A stretch of 64,000 bases of DNA from an uncultured Phycisphaerales bacterium (GCA_963844715.1 CAWJPJ010000006.1:608001-672000); one strand, 5' to 3'. Positions 1-10,733 are shown, numbered from the stretch's first letter. A program made the numbers and translations. Notes: generated by a model not told the origin, from the sequence alone.

Positions 1-1613
1 GTGACCGCCAGCGACCCATCCCCCACCGCGAACCCCACGCGCTTCGTCGATCCCGACCGGATATCTCCCGCTGCCAGAATGCCCGGCGTCGTCGTCTCCA
101 GCGGAAGCGGGTCGCGATCCTTCGCCGGCCAGACTCCCGAACGCATCGCGTCCACCCCCGTCAACAAATACCCAAGTTTATCCCGCGCAACATTCTCCGG
201 CAGCCACCGCGCCTCCGGCTCAGCCCCGATAAACACAAACACCGCTTCGCAATCCAGCGACCCCGCCGGTTTTCCATCCTTATCCTTCAGATCGATGCAA
301 TCGACGCGCCGCTCCCCTCTAACGCAGGATATTTCGACCCCCTCGTGAACCTCAATATTCCTGGCCGCGCGGATTCGATTCGCCAGATACGACGACATCG
401 CCGGGCCAAGCTTGCCGCGGATCAGAAGATGCACCGTGCGCTCCCGGCAGCATTCCGCCAGGTACATCGCCGCTTGCCCCGCGGAATTGCCCGCGCCCAC
501 GACAGCCACATGACACTTGTCGTAAAGCAATGCCTCGACGCTCGTGCAGGCGTAAAAGACACCCGCTCGATCAAACCGCTCAATCCCCTCGGCGTCCAAC
601 CGCCGCCAATTCACGCCCGTCGCCACCAGAATAACCGGCGCTTTCACGACCGTGCCGCAATCCAGTTGCACAGTATGGCAATCGCCTGGCCCCTGTGCCG
701 GAATCAGACGCTGCACCGAAACCGGGGCCGCCATTTTCGCTCCGAACTTAAGCATCTGGAGCACCCCGCGCGTGGCCAGTTCCGCTCCCGAAAGCCCCGA
801 CGGAAATCCGATGAAATTTTCGATCTTCGAAGACCCCCCCGCCTGTCCGCCCGGCCCGAATTTATCAAGCACCAGCGTCGCCAGTCCTTCCGACGCCGCA
901 TAAACCGCCGCCGCGATCCCCGCCGGTCCCGCCCCGACGATAATAAAATCCACCTTCTGCCCCGGGCACCCTTTCCAGATCCCCGCGGCGTGCGCCAATT
1001 CCTGAAGCGATGGATTCACCAACACCCGCCCGTCCCCAAACTGAATCGCCGGCGTCTTCTTCGGCGACCCCATCGCCTCCCAGCGCCTTTTCCCCTCCTC
1101 CTTGGCCGTATCAAACCAAGTGAACGGAACGAAATTCTTGTATAGGAATTCCCGCACGACGACGGTGTCTTTGCATCGCCCCGGCCCGACGACCCTCAGC
1201 CCCAGGACCCCATGCTCCGACAGCGCCGTGCGCCGCGCAATGGCGGCGTTGAGCAGCTTCTCACCCAGCCGCGGGACGCGCGTCAGAACTTCGCGCAACT
1301 TTCCACTGGGAACCCGCAGCACCCGTGTGCGCCCGTGCGTGACCGCGTTGACGATGACCGGCCGACCGGTGAGAAGATCGATGTCGCCGACGAATTGATT
1401 GTCCTTGTGCCCGACGATCAGCTTGTTGTCATCCGCCGGATTCAAAATGTCGATGCACCCCGATTCGCACACGTACAAGTCGATGTTCGCGTCCCCCGCG
1501 TTGAGTATGGCGGTTCCGTCGGGGTGCTCCTCGGACGTCCCCATCTTTCGCAGCGCGTCCATCTCCTCGGCGTCCAGCTTGGGAAATAGCAGTTCTTGAT
1601 CGATCGTTGCCAT
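1..1613 (-). CDS. Thioredoxin-reductase-like FAD/NAD(P)H oxidoreductase with N-terminal cNMP-binding-like domain (3' end runs off window)
   Basis: Manual translation from ATG at 1613 (MATIDQELLFPKL...). Contains GVFYACTSVE, VAVVGAGNSAGQAA and C-terminal GDIRSGSTKRVGFAVGDG, typical of TrxB-like proteins. Start and end are in the same frame; no stop inside the window. Confidence 0.85.
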   Translation of the reverse strand, partial: MATIDQELLFPKLDAEEMDALRKMGTSEEHPDGTAILNAGDANIDLYVCESGCIDILNPADDNKLIVGHKDNQFVGDIDLLTGRPVIVNAVTHGRTRVLRVPSGKLREVLTRVPRLGEKLLNAAIARRTALSEHGVLGLRVVGPGRCKDTVVVREFLYKNFVPFTWFDTAKEEGKRRWEAMGSPKKTPAIQFGDGRVLVNPSLQELAHAAGIWKGCPGQKVDFIIVGAGPAGIAAAVYAASEGLATLVLDKFGPGGQAGGSSKIENFIGFPSGLSGAELATRGVLQMLKFGAKMAAPVSVQRLIPAQGPGDCHTVQLDCGTVVKAPVILVATGVNWRRLDAEGIERFDRAGVFYACTSVEALLYDKCHVAVVGAGNSAGQAAMYLAECCRERTVHLLIRGKLGPAMSSYLANRIRAARNIEVHEGVEISCVRGERRVDCIDLKDKDGKPAGSLDCEAVFVFIGAEPEARWLPENVARDKLGYLLTGVDAMRSGVWPAKDRDPLPLETTTPGILAAGDIRSGSTKRVGFAVGDGSLAV

Positions 1614-1650
1614 CGGTGCCTCTCAATCCTATTGTTACGCCGGACATTGT

Positions 1651-2226
1651 ATGCACGCCGAGTCAAAACATCCGCAGCCCGATGAGCATCTTCTACTCGA
1701 AGTCACCGAGACCGACCACGCCATCGGCCCCGCCGACGCCCCCGTGACCCTCCTTGAATACGGCGACTACGAATGCCCCGACTGTTTCAACGCCGAGCCC
1801 GTCGTCTCGGAACTGCACCGACGCATGGGCGACCGTCTGCGTGTGGTTTTCCGCCATTTTCCCCACAGTTCCGTCCACCCCAGAGCCAGCGCTGCGGCCG
1901 CGGCGGCCGAGGCGGCGGCGGCGCAAGGCATGTTCTGGGAAATGCACCGCGCCCTCTTTAAGCACCAGCGGGAACTCGACACCCTCGATTTGGTGCACCT
2001 CGCTCTGAATCTCGGCTTGGAAATCTATCGCTTCAGCCAGGCCTTCGACTCCGACGCCATCGCCCGCCGCATTCGCAACGACTACGACGGCGCGATCCGC
2101 AACAAGCTCACCGGAACCCCCACCTTCTTCATCAACGGCCGGCGCTATCGCGGTCCGGCACAGGTCGAGCCAATGCTCGCCGCTCTCAGCGCCGCGACCC
2201 TAGAAAATCGACCAGCGCCCGGTTGA
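1651..2226 (+). CDS. DsbA/thioredoxin-fold protein
   Basis: GPADAPVTLLEYGDYECPDC, FRHFP and GTPTFFING motifs. Confidence 0.9.
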   Translation: MHAESKHPQPDEHLLLEVTETDHAIGPADAPVTLLEYGDYECPDCFNAEPVVSELHRRMGDRLRVVFRHFPHSSVHPRASAAAAAAEAAAAQGMFWEMHRALFKHQRELDTLDLVHLALNLGLEIYRFSQAFDSDAIARRIRNDYDGAIRNKLTGTPTFFINGRRYRGPAQVEPMLAALSAATLENRPAPG

Positions 2227-3025
2227 CCTCCTCCGCGTGCGTCCACGTGACGCCGTGCGGCCCATCCTTGATCACCACAAACTTCGCGTTCTTGACCATC
2301 TCCGCCGTGCGCTGCCCGGTCACCTCGATAGGCAGAATCCGATCCGCGTCGCCATGAATCACCAGCGTCGGCACGTTGATCTTCGGCAGATCCTTTCGGA
2401 AATCCGTGAGCCACGCCGAAACGCAATCAAGCGTCCCCTTGGGCGACGCGATCGCCCCGATATTCCAGCTCGCCTGCACAGCCTGCTGGCTGATTCGCTT
2501 CCCGCCCAGGACATCCACGTTGTAAAAGTTCTTCAGAAACTCAGTCAAAAAAGCCAGCCGATCCGCGACAATCGCCTGTTTGATCCCCTCGAACACGCCG
2601 CCGTCAACGCCAGTTGGATTATCCCCCGCCTTCAGCAGGAACGGCGGAATCGACGAGATAAACACCGCCCGCGTGACCCGCTCATTGACGTGCGTGCCGA
2701 GATATCGAGCCACTTCCCCGCCCCCCATCGAGAATCCGACGATCGTCGCATCGCGCAAATCAAGCTTCGTGATGAGCTGATGCAGGTCGGCCGACATCGT
2801 ATCGTACTCATACCCAAACGTCGGCTTGCTCGATTCGCCGAACCCCCGCCGGTCATAGGTAACCACGCGATACCCCGCCGACATCAGCGCCGGGATTTGC
2901 TTCTCCCAGGACTTCCCGCTCAGCGGCCATCCGTGAATGAGAACCACCGGCTTCCCTTGCCCATGGTCTTCGTAATAGAGATTGATGTTTCCCGAGTTTT
3001 CTTTTCCAACGCTGACGAATGGCAT
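2186..3025 (-). CDS. Alpha/beta hydrolase, non-heme haloperoxidase/arylesterase family
   Basis: HGWP oxyanion motif, YDRRGFG, GFSMGG nucleophile elbow, HGDAD and GPHG catalytic His. Confidence 0.92.
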   Translation of the reverse strand: MPFVSVGKENSGNINLYYEDHGQGKPVVLIHGWPLSGKSWEKQIPALMSAGYRVVTYDRRGFGESSKPTFGYEYDTMSADLHQLITKLDLRDATIVGFSMGGGEVARYLGTHVNERVTRAVFISSIPPFLLKAGDNPTGVDGGVFEGIKQAIVADRLAFLTEFLKNFYNVDVLGGKRISQQAVQASWNIGAIASPKGTLDCVSAWLTDFRKDLPKINVPTLVIHGDADRILPIEVTGQRTAEMVKNAKFVVIKDGPHGVTWTHAEEVNRALVDFLGSRR

Positions 3026-3128
3026 AAAGACGCTCCCAGTAAAACCTTCGGCCCCGAAACTGTAGGCTCGGAGCCGGGGAAATAGGTAGTGTTAATTCTT
3101 TTGAACAAATGAACACAGCGCAAACAAT

Positions 3129-3173
3129 AAACCCCTGAGGCCAGGCCGTAAGCCACGTACCTCAGGGGTTTTT
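3129..3173. terminator. Inverted repeat / probable intrinsic terminator downstream of tRNA-Asp
   Basis: AAACCCCTGAGG (3129-3140) and CCTCAGGGGTTT (3160-3171), with T-rich tails on both strands. Confidence 0.6.
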
Positions 3174-3182
3174 CCCTGTATG

Positions 3183-3256
<74 letters not shown>

Positions 3257-3357
3257 GAGTAAAAACTCGAGTCCTTTGTATCTATTCTAACCCCCGAAAA
3301 TGTCAAGCCTTGACCGAATCGCGCAATCTGAGAATGATAGCTGCCAAGGACACGCTC

Positions 3358-4050
3358 ATGCCGAAATTCTCGGTGGTTTTATTGACAGTCCCCGCCGGCG
3401 CCGGCCTCGACCCCGGCGGCGCCACCGTCAAAGTCGACGGCCGAGAGTGCCTCTTGCGCAGTGTCGAGCTATTTTTGAACCGCGACAACATCTCGCAAAT
3501 CCAATTAGCCGTCCTCCCCGCCGCCATCGAGGAATCCAAACGCAAATTCGGCGGCCACTTGGGCTTCTCCGGCGTAAAACTAGTCCCCGGCGGCCCCACC
3601 TGGCTGGACCAACTCGCCGCCGCCGGAGAAAAACTCTCCGCCGAGTGCTCCCACGTAATCATCCACGACGCCGCCCGCCCCGCAGTCGCCTACAGCGACA
3701 TCGATGCCCTCATCGCCGAATCCGAAAAGCACCCCATCGTCGCCCTGGCCACCCAATTAAAAGCCACCATCGCCCAATTAGACGATTCCGGTAAACCCCT
3801 AAGCCTCAACCCCCCGCAAAAGTTCATGCAGGTCGTCACCCCCTGGTCCATGAAGCGCGACAAATTCCTCGAAATAGCCAAAACCAAAAAAGACCCCGCC
3901 CCCGCCGACATCCATCTCCTCCGCGGCTCCAACCTAAACATCCGAGTCAACGGCTCCTCCGACGCCGCCCTGGCCAAAGTCATGATCGGAATGCTCCCCA
4001 AGCCCAAGATGCGTGCCGCCGAGAACCCCTTCGAAGAAGCGCAGTGGTAA
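3358..4050 (+). CDS. IspD/TarI-like cytidylyltransferase-fold protein (degenerate N-terminal loop)
   Basis: VIIHDAARP motif, KVDGRECLLRSVELF and C-terminal NLNIRVN resemble IspD. Confidence 0.7.
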   Translation: MPKFSVVLLTVPAGAGLDPGGATVKVDGRECLLRSVELFLNRDNISQIQLAVLPAAIEESKRKFGGHLGFSGVKLVPGGPTWLDQLAAAGEKLSAECSHVIIHDAARPAVAYSDIDALIAESEKHPIVALATQLKATIAQLDDSGKPLSLNPPQKFMQVVTPWSMKRDKFLEIAKTKKDPAPADIHLLRGSNLNIRVNGSSDAALAKVMIGMLPKPKMRAAENPFEEAQW

Positions 4051-4154
4051 TCGGCTGCATGGCGCGACAACTGGCCAGGTCAGCGGAAGGTCGATCTCAC
4101 GCAAAATTACCCGGCGAATTTCGCCACGATGGGTGAGGAGTGGGCGCGCGATCG

Positions 4155-4312
4155 AAGTGTGATCCGTAAAACCGAAAACAAATTTCCGCCCGCCGAAAAT
4201 TCTTCGGATGCGCGGAACCGCGCCGACAAAACTTGACACTTTTAATGTGAATGGCGGATTGGGCAAACCGGATGGCTTGCGGGATATATGATTTACATTG
4301 AACAAACTCTGG
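4155..4312. repeat. Dispersed non-coding repeat, homologous (inverted) to ~11010-11232
   Basis: GACAAAACTTGACACTTTTAATG and GGGATATATGATTTACATTGAACAAAC here match the reverse complements of CATCAAAAGTGTCAACTTTTGTC and GTTTGTTTAATATAAATCAGATATCCCC at ~11013-11078. Confidence 0.65.
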
Positions 4313-4462
4313 AAGAGTCACGAGCAGCCACGGGACGGCTCGCATTTTCCAGCAACTGGCACCTAGCCGCAGGGCCCCGGTTGTGGCCAACTAGCAACTC
4401 GCCCCAATCTTGATCCTAATCTCCGAAAGGAATACTTGGGAAACCGAAAAAGGAAAACTGAA

Positions 4463-5236
4463 AAAGGTGACATCCACCATTGTTGACGCGTTCCGCGGTT
4501 TGGGTTAGGTTTTTTCTATGCCTCGCACTTCTCGTGCCGCGGTGGGCGGCGTGGTTTATCACGTGCTCAACCGTGGCAACGGCCGCATGAAAATCTTCCG
4601 CAAGCCGGGCGATTATGAGGTGTTCGTGGACCTGATGATCGCCGCCAAGCAGCGGGCCGCCGTTGAGATATTCGGATTCTGTTTGATGCCCAATCATTGG
4701 CATCTGGTTTTGCGTCCGCGCCGCGATCGGGATTTGGCCTCATATCTGTCCTGGCTCACCAATACCCACGTGAAGCGTTATCGCGCTCACTACCGCCGCA
4801 CGAGCGGGCACCTTTACCAGGGGCGTTACAAGAGTTTCGCGGTGGAAGAGGACGCGTATTTGCTCACGCTGCTGCGCTACGTCGAGGCCAATCCGCTGCG
4901 CGGCAAGCTCGTCAGGGGGGCCGAAGAATGGCGCTGGTCGAGTCTGGGGTGCGACGCGAAAGTATCCAGGGCGCTGCTGGACGCTTGGCCGATCGAGCGG
5001 CCGCGGAATTGGAAATCGCTGGTGAACGAGGCGATCGCCCCAGGCGAAATGAAGCGGCTAAACCAGAGTTTCAAACGGGATCGGCCGCTGGGAAGCGCGA
5101 TGTGGACTATGCAAATGGTGCAGCGGATGGGATTGCAATACACGCTCAATCCGCGTGGGCGGCCCAGGAAGACGGGAACGAAGGCGTGATTTGATGGATG
5201 TCACCTTTTTTATCTGATTTGATGGATGTCACCTTT
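4463..5236 (+). mobile_element. RAYT element with inverted flanking motifs
   Basis: AAAGGTGACATCCA at 4463-4476; reverse-complement copies GATTTGATGGATGTCACCTTT at 5188-5208 and 5216-5236 flank the transposase. Confidence 0.7.
4518..5189 (+). CDS. REP-associated tyrosine transposase (RAYT, Y1/HUH)
   Basis: YHVLNRGN, FCLMPNHWHLVL (HUH), LYQGRYKS, YVEANP and WRWSS; C-terminal RGRPRK. Confidence 0.93.
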   Translation: MPRTSRAAVGGVVYHVLNRGNGRMKIFRKPGDYEVFVDLMIAAKQRAAVEIFGFCLMPNHWHLVLRPRRDRDLASYLSWLTNTHVKRYRAHYRRTSGHLYQGRYKSFAVEEDAYLLTLLRYVEANPLRGKLVRGAEEWRWSSLGCDAKVSRALLDAWPIERPRNWKSLVNEAIAPGEMKRLNQSFKRDRPLGSAMWTMQMVQRMGLQYTLNPRGRPRKTGTKA

Positions 5237-5304
5237 GTCCACCCCACCTTTGTCCTTTCCTTTGTCCTTTCTTTGTCCTATAGCCGAGAAATGCCATACC
5301 GATT

Positions 5305-6111
5305 ATGATTCCCCCTTTGCGGGATGCAGATAAGGCCGCCGGCATGCCTCCACTTATCCAAACCAGTTTTCAGCGAGGTGGCGTGAAGGGTGTTGCACTG
5401 CTAGGGCCGTTTGGCAGTAAGCCTGACTTGCTCGTCCAGGGCCTGAAATTATCCGTCGGCCAATGCGTATGTTTATATGAAGAAACCGAAGAGATCGACG
5501 CAAAACGCGGTCAACTGCAAGTCGATGCTGTCATCGGCGGGTGGAACGAGGAGCACCAATGCTGGTTTGCAAAATACGATTGGGACGCCTTGAAATGGGC
5601 GCCTGCGGTGCCAGGCGTGGCCAGCGATAGGCGAAAGAACGAGGTCCGACGCAAAATTGAGTTGGCAGTTGCGACTACCCCGTCGCCCGGCGACCAATTT
5701 GACGATATTTCTGCCACGAAGCAGGACGAGGGCATCGTCGATTATTTCAGGGGAACGACCTGGCAAGGGCACCGCGTTCAGGACCTCCGATATCATGAGG
5801 CAGCGCTTTCATTTTTTACGGATGAGGCTTTTCGATATTGGCTTCCAGCCTTCATGATTGCCGAACTCGAGAACCCTGAGGAGGCAGACGTCATCGCCGA
5901 GGGGATCGCCTTTCATTTGACTGATCTGCCTTCTGCGGAGGCAAGGCTTCGCCAATTTGTGCCAATGAACTCGAAGCAATCGCTGCTTTTTTGGATTTAT
6001 GCGCCGAAAGATACAATGACCGCAGGTTTCATGAGGCTAGTACCGCCGTCCATACCCGCATCCGTTAAGCAGAACCCCGTGTCGCGGGGAACGACGAAGG
6101 TGACATGGTGA
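5305..6111 (+). CDS. Hypothetical protein(s); C-terminal half DUF6714-like (possibly two ORFs joined or frameshifted)
   Basis: Segment ALSFFTDEAFRYWLPAFMIAEL resembles DUF6714-type proteins; lower GC than the flanks; ORF ends uncertain. Confidence 0.45.
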   Translation: MIPPLRDADKAAGMPPLIQTSFQRGGVKGVALLGPFGSKPDLLVQGLKLSVGQCVCLYEETEEIDAKRGQLQVDAVIGGWNEEHQCWFAKYDWDALKWAPAVPGVASDRRKNEVRRKIELAVATTPSPGDQFDDISATKQDEGIVDYFRGTTWQGHRVQDLRYHEAALSFFTDEAFRYWLPAFMIAELENPEEADVIAEGIAFHLTDLPSAEARLRQFVPMNSKQSLLFWIYAPKDTMTAGFMRLVPPSIPASVKQNPVSRGTTKVTW

Positions 6112-6225
6112 CGTCCACGCAACAAAGGTGACCCGACAAGATACTCCCGCCCAGCGCCATCCCGCAAACCGCCGCGGCGGGCCCCGAAAGGACTTACATC
6201 CCACCGCGTCACAGCCGATAATCCA

Positions 6226-7294
6226 ATGATGTATCCCGGCGTTCGATTCGATCGCTCCACGCGCCACGATCGTTGGATGGACCCCGCCGCCCGTCCGGGC
6301 CTCGCATCCATCATCATCCCAACCTTCAACCGCGCCGCTCTTCTCGATGAAGCACTCGCCTCGGCTCACGCCCAGACCTATCGCCCCATCGAAATCCTCG
6401 TCGTCGATGACGGGTCCACCGACGATACCCCCGCCGTCCTCGCTCGTTGGCAGGACAAACTTCGCGGCGATCCCGCCATTTCCCTCCGCACGTTCCGCCA
6501 GGCCAACTCCGGCGTCAGCTCCGCCCTCAACCTCGGGCTGATCGAATCCGCCGGCGAGTTCATCCAATTCCTCGACTCCGATGACATCCTCTTTCCGGAA
6601 AAACTGCGGCTACAAATCGCGTCCCTGCAACGCCATCCCGAAGCCGGTCTCGCCTTCAGCCAGTCGGCTGACCTTGTCCCGGGCAAAACCGAGCAGCCGC
6701 CCTCCCTCGACAGCGCCGTCGTGGTTCCAAGCGCCGGCTACTATTTGCAAAACGACATACTGCGAATACAGGCCGTCTATCGCCGCCAGACCTGCCTCGC
6801 CGCCGGCCCCTGGTCCGAAGATATCAAGCTCAGCGAAGACCGCGAATACAACTTTCGCATTTTGCTCATCAGCGACAGAATCGTCCACCTCCCCGGCAAG
6901 CTCGCCGCCATTCGAATCCACCCCGCCGGGCGTCTCATGGATTTGTATTACCAGCCTGAGGGATTTCGCATTCGCCTTCGCGCCCTGGACATGATGGCGG
7001 ATGTCGCCAAGTCAGGAAACTGTCTTCATAGTCCGTCGCTCATCGGCACTTTGGCGCAGCGCTACACCGGCTTCATCGACCGATGCGCTGGAACGAGGCG
7101 AGTCGGAAATGGTGACCGCCGCCATCCGATCCTGCAAAGCGCTGCCGATCTCGCCGTCGCGTCGGGCGAGACTGACCGTCTACCAGTTATTCAACGTTTT
7201 CCCGCCGGCCATTTATCGCTCCTGGGCGTCCCTCTGGCAAAACCTCCGCCGCCGACTTCTTCGCGGGCGAACAGACCATCCGAAACCCGAATGA
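6226..7294 (+). CDS. Glycosyltransferase family 2 (frameshift ~7078)
   Basis: SIIIPTFN, VVDDGSTD, FLDSDD and SEDREY motifs; C-terminus continues in the 7001..7294 frame. Confidence 0.85.
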
Positions 7295-7320
7295 CGCGAA
7301 AGGCACGCGAAACCTTTAGC

Positions 7321-8194
7321 ATGGCCACCTCCCCTTCCATTTCCATCGTCGTACCGAATTTCAACGGCGCGGCGACGCTCGACGCAACTCTGCAATGCCT
7401 CGTCGACCAGCACTATCCCGGCCTAGAAATCATCGTCGTCGACGGCGGCTCGACCGACGGCAGCGTCGACATCATCAAGAAGTTTGAGCCGCACCTCACG
7501 TGGTGGGTTAGCGAAAAAGACGGCGGCCAGAGCGAGGCCCTCAACAAGGGCCTTGCCCGCTGCACGGGCGAGATCGTCAACTGGCTCTGCAGCGACGATC
7601 TTCTAACGCCCGGGGGCATTGCAGCTCGTCGGCGAAAAGTTCGCTGCCGACCCGACCATGGACGTGCTGGTCGGGTCCTGCAAAAAAGTCTCAATCAAAG
7701 GCGACTGGTCCAGCCTGTGGAAATCCGACGCCCGCCGAATCGAACTCATGCCCTGCTGCAACCCCATCCCCCAATCAAGCTGCTTTTTCCGGCGTCAATT
7801 GTTGGTGCGCAAACCGCCGTTGGATGAATCGTTCCACTATACCATGGATTTCGAACTCTGGTGCTATTTCAAATCCCAGGGCGCCCGCTTCGGCGTGTGC
7901 GACGAAGTGCTCAGCCTCTTCCAATTCAGCGACAACAATAAAACCGCCGTCGGCGGGAAAAAGATCATCGACGAGTTTCAGCGGATCTATAAACGTTACG
8001 TCACCGAGCGCATCCCCCTCATTTTCTGGCAACGCCATTTCAAATTCCCCGTAGAACGAATTCGCCAGAAATACCGCAACCCCGTCGTTTTCTATCTCAC
8101 CCGTTGTTACACCGGACCCCTCACCCGCCTATTAGGATTGTTCTATGGCCGCCAGCGGGCAAACGCGATGAACTGGGAATGGGTGAAGCTTTAA
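7321..8194 (+). CDS. Glycosyltransferase family 2 (frameshift ~7615 in a G run)
   Basis: ISIVVPNFN, VVDGGSTDGS, GQSEALNKG, WLCSDD, then MDFELW in the 7619..8194 frame. Confidence 0.88.
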
Positions 8195-8202
8195 AATCTT
8201 AC

Positions 8203-9340
8203 CTAACCGTGTGAACTTTCCCGTTTCGTTCGCACCATTTTCTCAACCTCACCCAAAAATTCTTTAGCCCGGCAATGCCACGACTGGGAGGCGATGTAAG
8301 TTTTTCTCGCCGCAATGTCGGGCGCGTGGCCCCCGGCGAGGATTTCGCGAATAAGGCCGATCGCCTCGCCCGCGTCTTTGGCAATATGGATATGCGGCAG
8401 ATGTTCCTGAGCCTCGCGCACCGGAGTCGAGATGATCGGACGATCCGTGGTGAGGTAATCATAAAGCCGCAGCGGCGAGCGCCGGTCGCCGAACGCGTCA
8501 GCGCGAAGGAAGTTCATCAAGATGTCGAAGCTGCGCATGTAAGCGGGCATAAGCCGGTAATCGCGCCAGCCGAGCCATAGCATGTTGGGGTTGCTGCGAA
8601 ATAGGTTTGAGATTTCCCGCCGCGCCTGGGGTGCCGAATCTCCCATGCGGCCCAGAAAACAGAATCGCACCTCGGGCAGAGCCCGGGCAATCGCCTGAAT
8701 ATATTCCCAATCGTAATCCCGGTTGATGACGCCGACGCTGCCGATGAGCGGTTTATCAGCAGGCAAGTCAGCGGGGCGCGCGGAGGCATCGTCCAGAAAC
8801 CAATCGCAAAACCCGTTGGGGAGATAGAAAACCTTGGCACGGGTGCGACTCCCCAGGTCGCTGATCATCAATCGCGAAACAGCGAACACGGCGTCAACAT
8901 TCTCCAAAAGGCGGGTCTCAAAAGGCCGAATGTAGTTCGCCCCCCAGGTCCAATGCTCAAACGGATCCTTGCAGTAATAGACCCGCGTCACGTCGCAGAG
9001 TTTCTCCGCGAGATAAGCCAGTTGCGGCCACGTGAAAACAACCACATCAGGTGTCCCGGTTTGGCTAAATCGCTTCCGGCAAAACCAGTTGGAAAGAGAG
9101 GCGGATACATGATTCCACCGCCGAGGCACCAGCAGCTTGGCATGCGCAATCCCGTCCCCGTTGCGCCGACCATCGCCAGGATTTAAGAAGTTGATCGAGC
9201 CTGGGAACGCGCCGAACAGGCTCGACGTCCAGATAGGAAACCTCGGCGTACCGCGCCACTTGGCCAAAAAAGTCCCGAATACGCGGATTCTGGGTGCCAA
9301 TAACCAGAAAGGACAGCTTCTTTGAGGAATGCGGGGACAC
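8203..9340 (-). CDS. Glycosyltransferase, GT4/TuaH-like (frameshift ~9160)
   Basis: YYCKD, DAVFAVS, YLPNG, IGSVG and SPLRLYDYLTTDRPIIST; N-terminus in the 9065..9340 frame. Confidence 0.8.
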
Positions 9341-9715
9341 TGTAGTTCAAGTCGGCATGCGGAATAAGCCGCATTAGATTTTGAGGGGGATGAGGGGCAA
9401 CGCCAAACGATAACGCGGGCAGGCTGGCCGTTTTCGTTCGCCAAAAGCTCCCGGCAGGACGCTGCAAAAGTCCGGCGAGGCAAAATGTGCCCGTACATTC
9501 CGACAATTCCAGAATTTATTTGCGTCGTTCCTTCTTCGGTGAAAGAGAGCGCGAAAGTGCCCTGACGAGATCGTCATCCGGCTTTATTCGCAATCAACAT
9601 CGCCCCGCGAAATACAATTCGCACCCCAGCGCCCATCTTCCCGCCCGGAATTGCGCTACACTCGTCAAGCTGTTCATCAAAAACCCAAAACAACTTGTTT
9701 TCCGGAGAACGACTC

Positions 9716-10487
9716 ATGTCCACTGAAACCTTAAACGCCAAGCCCATCCCCGTTTCCAACCTCACCGTGTCCGAAAAGAATTCGCCGCACCTGATGCCGA
9801 CTTCGCCAAGCAGCGCCCGACAAGCCCCAGCCCGCCCACAAAACTCCGGCCGAACTCGCCGCCGCCGCCGCCCAGGCCAAACCGGAAGTCCTCCGGCTGC
9901 TCCTCGAGGATTTGGCGTCCCCCGATCGACTGCGCCGCGCCACCGCTGCCGCGGCCCTGGGCCGCATGGCAGATGTCGCCGCCGTCCCCCCGCTCATCGC
10001 CGCCCTCAGAGACCCCGACGCCGACGTCGCCCGCAACGCCGCCGCTTCCCTCGGCTCCCTAGGCAATCCCGCCGCCGTCGACCCGCTCATCGCCGTCGTG
10101 GATAACCCCGCCGGCTTTTTCCACGTCGGCGTCCGAATCGCCGCAACCCACAGTCTAGGCCAACTGCGCGACCTCCGCGCCGTCCCGCCATTGCTCGACG
10201 CCGTCAGGAACCCCATCGCCGAAGCCAGTGCCGAAGCGATCCGCGCCCTCGCCTCGATCCCCGACCCCCGAGTCCTTCCCGCTCTTCTCCAGGTCATCCG
10301 AAACGAGCAAAACTTCTTCCTCTCCACCACGCGCCGCGCCGCCATACTCGCCCTGGCCCAGGTCGGCGGCGAGCAAGCCCTCTGCGAACTCCATTTCATC
10401 GCCGCAAACCAATGGGAAGACACCGCCCTCCGCGCCGCCGCGATAGAAGTTGCCCCAAAAACCTCGATGTCCGCCGCCGGCGCCTGA
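9716..10487 (+). CDS. HEAT/PBS-lyase repeat protein (frameshift ~9790-9850)
   Basis: Repeated RxxAAxALG...AVPPLIAAL units. Confidence 0.85.
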
Positions 10488-10712
10488 TCGCGGCCCAAAT
10501 AAATCGCGAGCGCTCTGCCAACTGGTCCACTGGCGCGTTCCCGCTCCACTCTCCACCGCTCTAGTAAAACATCCGCCGAATGGGGCGGGTCTTTCAGCAG
10601 CAGGGGCGCGATATAGACCTAACCCAGTGACCGATGCAACGCGGGCTCGGATTTTGGTTTCAATTCGACGTCGCAACGTAAGGGACCATTCAGCCACTGC
10701 TTGGGAAATTTC

Positions 10713-10733
10713 AAAGGTGACATCCATCAAATC
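10713..10733. repeat. Isolated copy of the RAYT-flank motif
   Basis: AAAGGTGACATCCATCAAATC is the exact reverse complement of 5188-5208. Confidence 0.85.

Noticed and set aside
6150..6200. c-di-GMP-I riboswitch-like 'GCAAACC...GAAAGG'
   Set aside because: Lacks the GNRA-capped P2 and the following GACGCAAAG/P3 arrangement.
6226..7827. 533-aa double-GT2 fusion ORF
   Set aside because: Artefact of a frameshift at ~7078 reading through into the second GT2 gene.
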